A stretch of 25,591 bases of DNA from a virus (Duplodnaviria; Caudoviricetes): positions 1 to 25,591 of the IMG/VR virus record IMGVR_UViG_3300043432_000152; one strand, written 5' to 3'. Within the stretch, counting starts at the first letter, position 1. Every line of letters begins with the position of its first letter. Positions 16,369-24,661 of the stretch are shown piece after piece. The notes below the pieces were generated by a model. It searched no databases. It saw nothing but the letters and a program-made list of their open reading frames with translations, and was not told the DNA's origin. The translations under genes were made by a program, and so were the position numbers.

Positions 16369-16515
16369 AAGGGCTTCTGTGCTCAAAGGTACCACTTTTG
16401 GGACGAACTCAGAGGACCCTTGATCAATCGCCCGGCCTGAAGACCGGGTGACCACGCGCTTAAGCGGCCTCGGCGAACAGGACCAAGACCCTCCTCCACC
16501 TGGTTTCGCCGGGCC
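16369..16515 (+). ncRNA. Candidate structured RNA element (family unknown)
   Basis: Three consecutive hairpins with several G-U-compatible pairs on the + strand (16369-16421, 16428-16451, 16466-16515) in one of the few long gaps of the operon. Confidence 0.4.
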
Positions 16516-16532
16516 GAGAATCGAAGGTGGGC

Positions 16533-16706
16533 ATGCGGCGGTGGACCGAACGCACCATCCGCTACTGCCAGGCGTGCCGGAAGACGACGTACCAGCTCCG
16601 GCTGCCGAAGGATGATTTCTGGCGCTGCCGGACCTGTGGAGCGCTGCTGTACGAGAAGCCGCAGCAGAATGGGAACGGTGACGCATGTTCACGCTGGCGA
16701 ACCTGA
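16533..16706 (+). CDS. Small zinc-ribbon protein (57 aa), absent from the ORF track
   Basis: MRRWTERTIRYCQACRKTTYQLRLPKDDFWRCRTCGALLYEK...; AAGGTGG RBS; overlaps the start of the next gene. Confidence 0.7.
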   Translation: MRRWTERTIRYCQACRKTTYQLRLPKDDFWRCRTCGALLYEKPQQNGNGDACSRWRT

Positions 16707-17845
16707 AGCAGGTGTTGAAGGACCGGGACTTTGACGACGGTTCAGACCGGGCGGCGCGGATCTATGTCAAGATCGCCAACCTGGCGAATGCAGCGCTGCG
16801 TGAGGCCGGGGATTGGGACTTCGACAAGGCCTATACCGACCTGGCCTTTCAGGCCTACTACACCACCGGCACGGTGAGCGTGGCGGCGGACGGCACCACC
16901 GTAACCGGCGTGGGGACGACCTTCACGCGGGCCATGGTGGGGCAGTATTTCCGCTTCAACGGCGAGGACCTGCAGTACCTGATCACGGGCTTTACCGACG
17001 CCACGCACCTGACCATCGAGAACTACGCCGGCGAGACGGACCTGAGCGCGGTGACGTACGAGATCACCGACGACCGGCAGGCGCTGCCGGCGCGCTTCCG
17101 CAACTACGCCTGGCCGGCGATGAACTACCGCCCCGTGCCGCGGCTGCTGCCGGAAAAGCTGGAGGTGATCCGTTCCTGGCGCAAGCTGTACCGCCAGATC
17201 AGCTTCCCCTGGTACTACGCCACCGAATGGTCGGACGTGGTGCTGCCGTACTATTCGGCCTCGCGGGCCGTGGCTTCGAACGTGGCGACGCTCACGCTGT
17301 TGAAGCCGCATAACCTGGCTCCAGGCGAGAGCGTGACCGTGGCCGGGATGGGCACGGGCGCGCTGAACGGGACCTTCACGATCATCGACACGCCCGGCCT
17401 GCGCAGCTTCACCTATGCGGCGGTGACCGGCGACCAGGCCACCACGGCCGACACCGCGGGCACGATCACGCCCGAGCGGCGCAAGCGGCCGTACATGTGG
17501 ATCTACCCGAGCACCAGCGAGAAGCGGGTGCTGACGGTGCCGTACTTTTCCTGGCCGAAGGAAATGGTGAGCGACACCGACGACGCGGGGCTTCCGAACG
17601 TGGCCGCGGAGACGGTGCTGCAGGAGTTCGCGGTGGCGTACCTGTACCAGGTGCAGCGCAAGCCCGACGAGTACGCGCAGCAGTTGGCGCTGGCGAAGCA
17701 GAAGGCCGAGGAGAGCCTGGCGCAGTTCCGCAGCCAGGTGGAACGGCGCAGCCGGCAGGAGTGGACCCCGGAGAGCGAGAACGGGCTGCTGACGAAGCCC
17801 ACGCCCTGGCCGAGCCTGGCGCCGGGCGAACCGAGGTTTATCTGA
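16685..17845 (+). CDS. Putative head-tail adaptor (podovirus gatekeeper-like) with inserted beta modules
   Basis: Helical N-terminus (IANLANAALREAGDWDF), ALPARF, MWIYPS and helical VLQEFAVAYLY C-terminus; position before the nozzle-like genes. Confidence 0.6.
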   Translation: MFTLANLKQVLKDRDFDDGSDRAARIYVKIANLANAALREAGDWDFDKAYTDLAFQAYYTTGTVSVAADGTTVTGVGTTFTRAMVGQYFRFNGEDLQYLITGFTDATHLTIENYAGETDLSAVTYEITDDRQALPARFRNYAWPAMNYRPVPRLLPEKLEVIRSWRKLYRQISFPWYYATEWSDVVLPYYSASRAVASNVATLTLLKPHNLAPGESVTVAGMGTGALNGTFTIIDTPGLRSFTYAAVTGDQATTADTAGTITPERRKRPYMWIYPSTSEKRVLTVPYFSWPKEMVSDTDDAGLPNVAAETVLQEFAVAYLYQVQRKPDEYAQQLALAKQKAEESLAQFRSQVERRSRQEWTPESENGLLTKPTPWPSLAPGEPRFI

Positions 17846-18147
17846 TGCCCGAGCTGCAACTGATGCCCTTGAAGCTGGACCGGCGCAGCGCGCCCGAGGC
17901 GCTGGAGGCCAGCGACGCCCGGCAGTTACAGCGCGTCGAGACGAAGAAGCAGCCGGGCAACACCGTGCGGGCTCGCGGGCAGACTCGGGCCACCGGCGTG
18001 GATGCGGAGAGCACCAGCGTGCTGAACTGCGGGGTGTTCGAACGCGCGGATGGGGTGCGCCAACTGGTGTACGGCAACGCGAACGGGGACGTGAAGCTGG
18101 CGCTGACGGTGGCGCCGCAGAACAGCGACAGCGACTACGGGATCTGA
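17845..18147 (+). CDS. 100-aa protein resembling the N-terminus of a podovirus nozzle/stabilisation protein
   Basis: TGATG overlap; paralogous to the first 90 aa of 18150..19046. Confidence 0.6.
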   Translation: MPELQLMPLKLDRRSAPEALEASDARQLQRVETKKQPGNTVRARGQTRATGVDAESTSVLNCGVFERADGVRQLVYGNANGDVKLALTVAPQNSDSDYGI

Positions 18148-18149
18148 GC

Positions 18150-19046
18150 ATGGGTGAGCTGCTGGAACTTCCGATTCCCGTGCCGCGTTCGCTGGAGCGG
18201 ACGTTTCATCCGTTGGTGCTGCCGCCGGACCTGGCGGAGACGCTGCAGCGGATGGACATCCTGGGCCTGCCGGGGCGCGGGGTCAGGGCGCGCGGGCAGA
18301 GCCGCTGCAGCGACGTGAGCAGCAGTTCCACCACCGTGAAGAACTGCGGGGTCTTCCAGCGGGCCGACTGCAAGCTGGAGCTGATCGACGCCAACGCCAA
18401 CGGCGACGTGCGCTTGAGCACCGGCGGCTTCGGGGCGGTGATCGGGCAGCAGTGCGCGGGGCCGGCGCCGGACTGCACCGACCTCTTCCGGGACCCGGAC
18501 GTGGACTGCAACCCGGGGCAGGACTGCGCGGCGGCGGCCGACAGCAGCGGGGCTCCGTACGACGTCGACTGGACCATCAGCACGGTGGCGGCTGGAAGCG
18601 CGTTCAGCTTTATCCAGTTCCCCACGGTGCGGAAGCTGGTGCGGGCCTGCGTGGGGGCCTACGACGGGCAGATCTACAAGCCGGCGCGGCTGCGGAACCG
18701 GATCATCAACAGCAGCGGCTACTGCGTGCTGGGGCAGTTCCGGGCGAACCTGGCGGGCCTGAGCTGCGGGCAGTTGCTCAAGTGGAGAGGCAACGGCGAC
18801 TCGGGGCTGCCGGGCAGTTCGGCCGCGGCTTCGAGCGTGGTGATCTGGAGTTTCTGCCTGGAGAACGGCGCGACCTTGGACTGGGCGGTGGACTGGGCGG
18901 TGGTCGGGCAGGCTCAGGACTGCGGCGCGCTGGCTCTGGTGAGCGGGCTGCGCGCGACCTGGCGGTGCGCTCACGCGAGCCCCGACAGCCTGTGCAGCGG
19001 CAGCGCGCCGTGGAACACACTGACGGTGTGCGCGGCGTGCCCGTAG
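18150..19046 (+). CDS. Paralogue of the upstream module fused to a Cys-rich domain
   Basis: Shares VRARGQ, NCGVF(E/Q)RAD and NANGDV(K/R)L with 17845..18147; 16 Cys in 298 aa. Confidence 0.75.
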   Translation: MGELLELPIPVPRSLERTFHPLVLPPDLAETLQRMDILGLPGRGVRARGQSRCSDVSSSSTTVKNCGVFQRADCKLELIDANANGDVRLSTGGFGAVIGQQCAGPAPDCTDLFRDPDVDCNPGQDCAAAADSSGAPYDVDWTISTVAAGSAFSFIQFPTVRKLVRACVGAYDGQIYKPARLRNRIINSSGYCVLGQFRANLAGLSCGQLLKWRGNGDSGLPGSSAAASSVVIWSFCLENGATLDWAVDWAVVGQAQDCGALALVSGLRATWRCAHASPDSLCSGSAPWNTLTVCAACP

Positions 19047-19058
19047 GGAGGTAGGCGC

Positions 19059-19376
19059 ATGGGCGGGCAGACGGGCGTGGGTGCGATCGGCGAGCTGCCG
19101 GACATGCCGGGCGTGGAGGGCTACGCCGAGGTGGACCTGCGGCCTCCGAGCTTCAGGACCGAGCTGGAGGTGCGGACGGTGCAGACGGCCTGCCTGAGCT
19201 GCGACGAGAGGGACAGCCGGGGCGCGCGGCTGCTGACCTTTCATCCGGGCGGCGGGATCACCTGCGGCAAGTACAAGGGCGGGCAGTGCGGGAAGGATAG
19301 CGGGGACGGGATGGGCTGCTGCCTGAACTGGGCCTGGCTTTTAAAGAGCAAGCACTGCGACCGGGGTAAGTGGTAA
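19059..19376 (+). CDS. Small Cys-rich protein
   Basis: GGAGGT RBS; CLSC...C...C...GCC...HCDRGKW (7 Cys). Confidence 0.75.
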   Translation: MGGQTGVGAIGELPDMPGVEGYAEVDLRPPSFRTELEVRTVQTACLSCDERDSRGARLLTFHPGGGITCGKYKGGQCGKDSGDGMGCCLNWAWLLKSKHCDRGKW

Positions 19377-21470
19377 ATGGCTACAAACACGATCGACTCG
19401 GGGCGCAGCGGGTACCGGGAGCACTTCGCTCAGGTCGGACTGGTGGGCCTGTACGTCAACGGGCACGACGCCAACAAGATCGTGGACATCCGCAAGGGCA
19501 CGGTGACGACGCTGGGCATCGCGGCGCCGGGCGCGGCGCCCATCGGGGCCGCGCAGGGCGCGGGCAACCTGGCCGGGACCTACAGTTGGCGGGTGCGCTG
19601 GAAGGACAGCAGCACGGGCGCGGTATCGCTGGCCTCGGCGATCTACACGGCCACGCCCGCGGCCAACACCTGGCGGATCACGGCGCCGGGATCTCCGCCG
19701 GCGCGGGTGACGCACTGGATTCTGGAGCGGACCGTGGCCGGGGGTTCGGTGTACTACCCGATCAACGTGGACAGCACCACGCCCGACGGCACACCCATTG
19801 CGACCACCACCTACGACGACAACCTGACCGACGGCACGATCCGCAACCGCAACGCTCAAGGGTTCAACAACAACCAGGGCCAGCCGCGGCGCTACCGGTT
19901 CTGTTGGAGTAATGGCGCGTACCTGTTCATGGGCGGCGGGCGGGTGCACACGCCGAACTGTTCGCTGACCAACGGCGCGGCGGCGCTGACGAGCACCGAC
20001 GGCAAGTTCACCAGCGACATGGCGGGGCAGGAGTTCGTGGCCTTCGATGCCGACACTGACGGCAAGACCTACAAGCTGCTGACCTACGTGAACGCCAACA
20101 GCTTTACCCTGGCGGAGAACTACGCCGGCACCACCAAGGCGGTGCAACCGTGCAAGATCGCGGGGCGGCGGGACATCATGGCCTGGTCGGAGCCCATCGT
20201 GCCCGGGCAGCCCGGCACGGCGGAAGCCTGGGGCGCGGCGCTGCCGGGCGGCTTGCAGAATGAACTGCCGATCGGCAACGACGGCGAGCCGCTCACGGCG
20301 GGGGTCGGCCTGGGGCAGGCCGGCTGCCTGATCTGTAAAGAGCGCAGCATGTTCTACCTGAACTATCGGGTGCGCCCGAACCTGCCGCCCTTTGGGGATG
20401 GCCAGATCGTGCCGCTGCGGGCCTTGCGCGGCGCGGCCGGGCCGCTGGCGGTGAAGGCGCTCGAGGACCGCGTGTACGGCATGGATGTGTTCGGGATCTG
20501 GCGCCTGAGCCCCGGCGGCGAACCCGAAGAGATCGGCCAGGCGCTGGCCAACGACTGGAAGACGCTCAACTTCAGCAACCGGGATAACTTTCACATCGGC
20601 TTCGACGCGCTGTGGCGGGTGGCGTACTTCTTCGTCTGCGGCCCGGGCGAGACCTACCCCAAGCGCGCGTATCTGTGGGACGTGGACGGCGAGCGCTGGC
20701 TGGGATCGCGGACCTGGCCCTACGGGATCACCAGCAGTTGCAACCTGCCCGACGGCAATGGCGCGCTGCGGCTGTACATCGTGAGCGAGGCCGTGGGCGC
20801 GGCTCCGAGCTACGGCTGGTTCGATAACATTGGCACCAGCCTGGGGGCTCCGGCCACCGCCGCGAACCTAACCGGCACCGTGACGAGCGGCGGAGCGACG
20901 AGCCTCAACGATAGCGGCGCGGCCTGGTACACCAGCGGCGAGAAGCTGAAGGGCATCCCGGTAAAGCTGGTGCGCGCGGCGGATGCTTCGGAAGAGACGG
21001 TTTTGATCGAGACCAACACCGGCACGGCGCTGACCACCGGGGCCTGGGTGGGCACGGCGCCCGTGGCCGGGGATACGTACCAGATCGCGCCGGTGGAGAC
21101 GAGCTGGAAGACGGGGCGGATCAGCGCTGGCGAAGGCACGCGCAAGAAGAAGTTCCGGCGGCTGGTGATCGAGCTGAAGTACACGGCCTCTGTGGTGCCG
21201 CTGAAGGTGCGGGCCTACTACGACGGGTCGAGCACGGCGTACAGCTACACCAGCGCGGCCAACGCGGAGAACGGCGTGACCTTCAGCGGGAGCGTGGCGA
21301 CGATCACGCCGGTGAGCGGGAAGCTGCGCTACTACATCCCTTTGGATGGGAACATGAAGAACGACGTGCAGTTCGAGTTCTTCAGCAGCGCGCCGGGGCT
21401 GCCGTGGGAGTTGTTCAAGGCGGCGCTGCTGTACGAGGTGGACGACAAGGGCGACCCGAGCAAGGATTGA
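19377..21470 (+). CDS. Putative tail nozzle/stabilisation protein (beta-propeller-like)
   Basis: 697 aa, beta-rich; YVNGHD...LGIAAP, MAWSEP, VYGMDVFGIWRL and WKTG...RKKKFRRL resemble P22 gp10-like/tubular-B-like proteins. Confidence 0.6.
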   Translation: MATNTIDSGRSGYREHFAQVGLVGLYVNGHDANKIVDIRKGTVTTLGIAAPGAAPIGAAQGAGNLAGTYSWRVRWKDSSTGAVSLASAIYTATPAANTWRITAPGSPPARVTHWILERTVAGGSVYYPINVDSTTPDGTPIATTTYDDNLTDGTIRNRNAQGFNNNQGQPRRYRFCWSNGAYLFMGGGRVHTPNCSLTNGAAALTSTDGKFTSDMAGQEFVAFDADTDGKTYKLLTYVNANSFTLAENYAGTTKAVQPCKIAGRRDIMAWSEPIVPGQPGTAEAWGAALPGGLQNELPIGNDGEPLTAGVGLGQAGCLICKERSMFYLNYRVRPNLPPFGDGQIVPLRALRGAAGPLAVKALEDRVYGMDVFGIWRLSPGGEPEEIGQALANDWKTLNFSNRDNFHIGFDALWRVAYFFVCGPGETYPKRAYLWDVDGERWLGSRTWPYGITSSCNLPDGNGALRLYIVSEAVGAAPSYGWFDNIGTSLGAPATAANLTGTVTSGGATSLNDSGAAWYTSGEKLKGIPVKLVRAADASEETVLIETNTGTALTTGAWVGTAPVAGDTYQIAPVETSWKTGRISAGEGTRKKKFRRLVIELKYTASVVPLKVRAYYDGSSTAYSYTSAANAENGVTFSGSVATITPVSGKLRYYIPLDGNMKNDVQFEFFSSAPGLPWELFKAALLYEVDDKGDPSKD

Positions 21471-21471
21471 C

Positions 21472-22473
21472 ATGGCCTTAGACGCGGATACCCGGGAACT
21501 GATCGCCGAGCTGGTGAAGCAGCTCACGGCGGCGCAGCGCCCGAGCGCCGGGGCGAGCCTGGCGGGTTCGCCGCAGCAGAACAATGTGCTGATGGGCCGC
21601 GACCCGCTGACGGGGCAGCTCGTGCCGCTGGACGTGGACAGCGAAGGCGGGGGCCTGCGCGCCACGATGGTGGGCACGATCCCCAGCCTGACGGTGGGCA
21701 GCGTGACGCTGCCGACGCTGAACCCGCGGGGCCAGGGTTCGCTGGTGCTGGACGCCACGACCAAGAAGCTGCAGATCATCCTGGGCGGGGCGATCAGCAC
21801 CAACCAGTTGCCGGTGACCGTCTGCTACGAGGATTGGACGTCCAGCGCGGTGACGCCGGGCGAGGCCGACACGGTGACCAACGGCAACACGGCCGTGGAC
21901 ATCGTGGCCGCGCCGGCGGCGAGCACCTACCGCACCGTGAAGGGCCTCTACGTTCAGAACGCCGACACAGCCGCGGCGACGGTGACGATCCGCTACAACA
22001 ACAACGGGACCACTCGGGTGCTGTTTAAGGCCGTGCTGAGCGTTGGGGACATGCTGAGCTGGCACGACTGGGCCGGCTGGCAGGTGTTCGACGCGAGCGG
22101 CAACCTGAAGTTCCCGAACCTGAACATCACGGCGCCGGTGGGGCTGCGCGGCGACGGCGGGATACGCAAGCTGGCGGGGGTGCTGCTGGGCGCGGGCGAC
22201 ACGCTGATCTTTACGGCCGACCAGGCCTACACCGACGTGATGGTGATCTGCGCCAACGTGGACACGGTGACGCGGACCTTCCAGCTTTACCACGGCACGG
22301 TGAGCGACGCGAACATCATCAGCAACAAGAACCAGCAGATTGTGCTCACCGATCCGCCGCCCTTCTTCATGGGCATCGGCATGGCCAACGGTTCGGTGCT
22401 GCACGGGCTGTGCGATTCGGCCAACAAGGTGGCGGTGGCGGTGTACGGCGCACCCGTGACGGCGGGGGCCTAA
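21472..22473 (+). CDS. Putative tail/virion protein
   Basis: Two beta-sandwich-like modules (AAPAASTYRTVKGLYVQNADT; VMVICANVDT); tail region. Confidence 0.6.
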   Translation: MALDADTRELIAELVKQLTAAQRPSAGASLAGSPQQNNVLMGRDPLTGQLVPLDVDSEGGGLRATMVGTIPSLTVGSVTLPTLNPRGQGSLVLDATTKKLQIILGGAISTNQLPVTVCYEDWTSSAVTPGEADTVTNGNTAVDIVAAPAASTYRTVKGLYVQNADTAAATVTIRYNNNGTTRVLFKAVLSVGDMLSWHDWAGWQVFDASGNLKFPNLNITAPVGLRGDGGIRKLAGVLLGAGDTLIFTADQAYTDVMVICANVDTVTRTFQLYHGTVSDANIISNKNQQIVLTDPPPFFMGIGMANGSVLHGLCDSANKVAVAVYGAPVTAGA

Positions 22474-22476
22474 GCC

Positions 22477-23433
22477 ATGCGCAACGCTCACCAGGGGATT
22501 GGGCCGCCGCCTTCCAACATCCAGTCCTTGCTGGATAAGATCAGCAGCACGCAGGGGACCATTCTCTACCGGGGCGCGTCGAGCTGGGCGGCGCTGGCGG
22601 TGGGCACGGCCCTTCAAAAACTGATCACAAACGGAGCGGCGGCAAACCCGAGCTGGGCATCCGACCGGGAACTGCTCACCGCGGCGCGCACCTACTACGT
22701 CCGCACCGACGGCAACGACAGCAACACCGGTCTGGTGAACTCGGCCGGCGGCGCGTTCCTGACCGTCCAGCAGGCGATCAACACGGCCTCGGGGCTCGAC
22801 AACGGCGGGTACGATGTCACCATCAGCATCGCCACCGGAACGTACACCGGCGCCAACACGCTCAAGAGCTTCCTCGGCTCCGGCAAGATCATCATCGTGG
22901 GCGACGAAACCACGCCTTCCAACGTGGTGATCAGCACCACGAGCGCCAACTGCTTCACGGGCTCGAACGTGCTGGGCGTCTATTCGCTGCGCGGCATGCG
23001 GCTCAAGGCGGCCACGAGCGGCGACGGCATTCACGTTGACAACTGCAACGTCGAGTTTCAGAACCTGGACTTTAACGTCTTCGTGGCTGGCGTCGGCATC
23101 CACATCAAGGCGAGCCTCGGCGCGTTCGTGCTGGCCACGGGAAACTATTCGATCACCGGAGGCGGGTATTACCATATCTTCTGTTACGGCGGCGCCATTG
23201 TGGATATTAACTCCCGCACGGTGACGCTGACCGGCACGCCGGCCTTCACGATCACCGCGTACGTTCAGGAGATCTCCTACTTCTCTTGCTGGTCCACGAC
23301 GTTCAGCGGCAGCGCGACGGGCCAGCGCTACAATGTGATTGGAAACGGCGTGATCTTCACCAACGGCGGCGGCGCGAACTTCATCCCGGGCAACTCGGCG
23401 GGCGCCACCGCCAGCGGAGGCCAGTACCTGTGA
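22477..23433 (+). CDS. Tail fibre/spike with right-handed beta-helix (pectin lyase-like) region
   Basis: TYYVRTDGNDSNTG...AFLTVQQAIN...IATGTY is a typical beta-helix cap; G/N/T-rich. Confidence 0.72.
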   Translation: MRNAHQGIGPPPSNIQSLLDKISSTQGTILYRGASSWAALAVGTALQKLITNGAAANPSWASDRELLTAARTYYVRTDGNDSNTGLVNSAGGAFLTVQQAINTASGLDNGGYDVTISIATGTYTGANTLKSFLGSGKIIIVGDETTPSNVVISTTSANCFTGSNVLGVYSLRGMRLKAATSGDGIHVDNCNVEFQNLDFNVFVAGVGIHIKASLGAFVLATGNYSITGGGYYHIFCYGGAIVDINSRTVTLTGTPAFTITAYVQEISYFSCWSTTFSGSATGQRYNVIGNGVIFTNGGGANFIPGNSAGATASGGQYL

Positions 23434-23852
23434 TCGACTACATCTTCGACGCCGAAGCGCAGGCTTTTAATCTGCCGCTGCTCAAGCAGGAGCTGGCCGG
23501 GTACCAGGCCGCGGTGGAGATCCGGCAGACGCGGCGGCTCGACGGAACGCTCGGCGCAAAGATGCTCTTCGTGAGCATCCCCGACGATCAGGACCCGAAG
23601 GGCTTGGACGATCTGATCGCGGCGCACGATCCGGCCAAGGAACCGACCGCCGAGCAGAAGCTGGCCGTGGTGGCGCAGGCCTTCGACGCGGATCTGGACG
23701 CCGCCAAGGTGAAGGTGCTGCACGCGCTGGCCATAGGAGCGAAGCCCGATCCGCAGTATGTGGCGATCCTCGAAAAAGCCGCGGCGCAGGTGGACGCGGC
23801 GGTGGCGGCGGAGATCGCGCCGGCTCCGGTGGAAGAGATCAAGCCGGGGTAG
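23430..23852 (+). CDS. Hypothetical protein, possible fibre assembly/chaperone (MIDYIFDAE...)
   Basis: GTGA overlap with the fibre stop; GGAGG RBS. Confidence 0.6.
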   Translation: MIDYIFDAEAQAFNLPLLKQELAGYQAAVEIRQTRRLDGTLGAKMLFVSIPDDQDPKGLDDLIAAHDPAKEPTAEQKLAVVAQAFDADLDAAKVKVLHALAIGAKPDPQYVAILEKAAAQVDAAVAAEIAPAPVEEIKPG

Positions 23853-23902
23853 GGGCTATTTTTTTAGAAAAGCTAGGGTAAATTCAGGGCGGGAGGTGTG
23901 CA

Positions 23903-24649
23903 ATGGGTGACGCGACCAGCATGGGCACGGGCTACCTGCCCACGGCGTACCAGATGCAGTACGGCGTGCCAATGTACGGCAGCCCGGCCTACCAGGCCGC
24001 CACGGCGCTGCCGCCGTGGGCGCGGGGGGGCTTGGGCGGCGGAGGCACGGGCGCCACCGGAGCCGGAGGCGCGGCGCAGCCGCCGAACGTGCTGCAGCTC
24101 GAGGACCAGAACTACCAGAACGTGCTCAGCCAGATGCAGGAAGGGCTGAAGGACAACCCGGGCCTGAGCAACGCGGACCAGGAAGCGATCATCAACAAGG
24201 GCACGGACGAGATCAACGAGAGCGAGCGCGCCGGCGCGGCCAACCTGACCGCGCAGAGCCTGGCATCCGGCGGCGGAGCCGTGGGCGGCGACGCTTCGGC
24301 GGGTCTGCGCGACCTGACCACCAACTTTGCCGGCCAGCGCGCGGGCGAAGCCCGAGAGGTACGCACCGAGGCCGCCAAGCAGAAGGCGAGCCTGCTCCAG
24401 GGCCAGCGCAACCAGATGCTGGAGTTCATGGCCAAGGGCAACCCGAGCTGGAACTACGCCCTGTCCGGCGGCGGCGGTGGTGGGGGTGGTGGCGGCGGTG
24501 GTGGTGAGAGCTGGCACATTGGAGGCGGCGGCGGCGTCAGCGGACAGCAGATGAACCAGCAAAGGGCGGCCGACGCGGCCAGTGGCAAATACACGTATCA
24601 GCCCGGATCAAACATCCGCCGGGACCCCAGAACGGGGCTTCCGGTCTAA
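23903..24649 (+). CDS. Gly/Gln-rich putative internal virion (ejection) protein
   Basis: GGAGGT RBS; helical Q/A/G-rich composition with a poly-Gly tract; position after the tail genes. Confidence 0.55.
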   Translation: MGDATSMGTGYLPTAYQMQYGVPMYGSPAYQAATALPPWARGGLGGGGTGATGAGGAAQPPNVLQLEDQNYQNVLSQMQEGLKDNPGLSNADQEAIINKGTDEINESERAGAANLTAQSLASGGGAVGGDASAGLRDLTTNFAGQRAGEAREVRTEAAKQKASLLQGQRNQMLEFMAKGNPSWNYALSGGGGGGGGGGGGGESWHIGGGGGVSGQQMNQQRAADAASGKYTYQPGSNIRRDPRTGLPV

Positions 24650-24661
24650 GCGAGGTGACGC

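Noticed and set aside
16436-16443. Hammerhead core CTGAAGA
   Set aside because: It lies in a terminal hairpin loop rather than a three-way junction, with no suitably placed downstream GAAA.
16355-16500. tmRNA-like ends (GGGGGTGAAAC ... CCTCCACC)
   Set aside because: Only about 145 nt apart, with no TTCGA T-loop and no tag reading frame.
6017-23175. Long minus-strand ORFs (6017-8023, 8806-10881, 16742-18151, 21478-23175 and others)
   Set aside because: Antisense shadows of high-GC3 genes; Arg/Pro/His-rich with no recognisable motifs.
22477-23433. Diversity-generating retroelement target in the fibre gene
   Set aside because: No reverse transcriptase and no template/variable repeat pair seen in the window.
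23853-23902. AT-rich gap as terminator or promoter
   Set aside because: The T-run lacks a convincing preceding stem, and no well-spaced -35/-10 pair is evident.
24466-24506. GGC/GGT tract
   Set aside because: Encodes a poly-Gly linker with mixed codons; not an independent repeat element.
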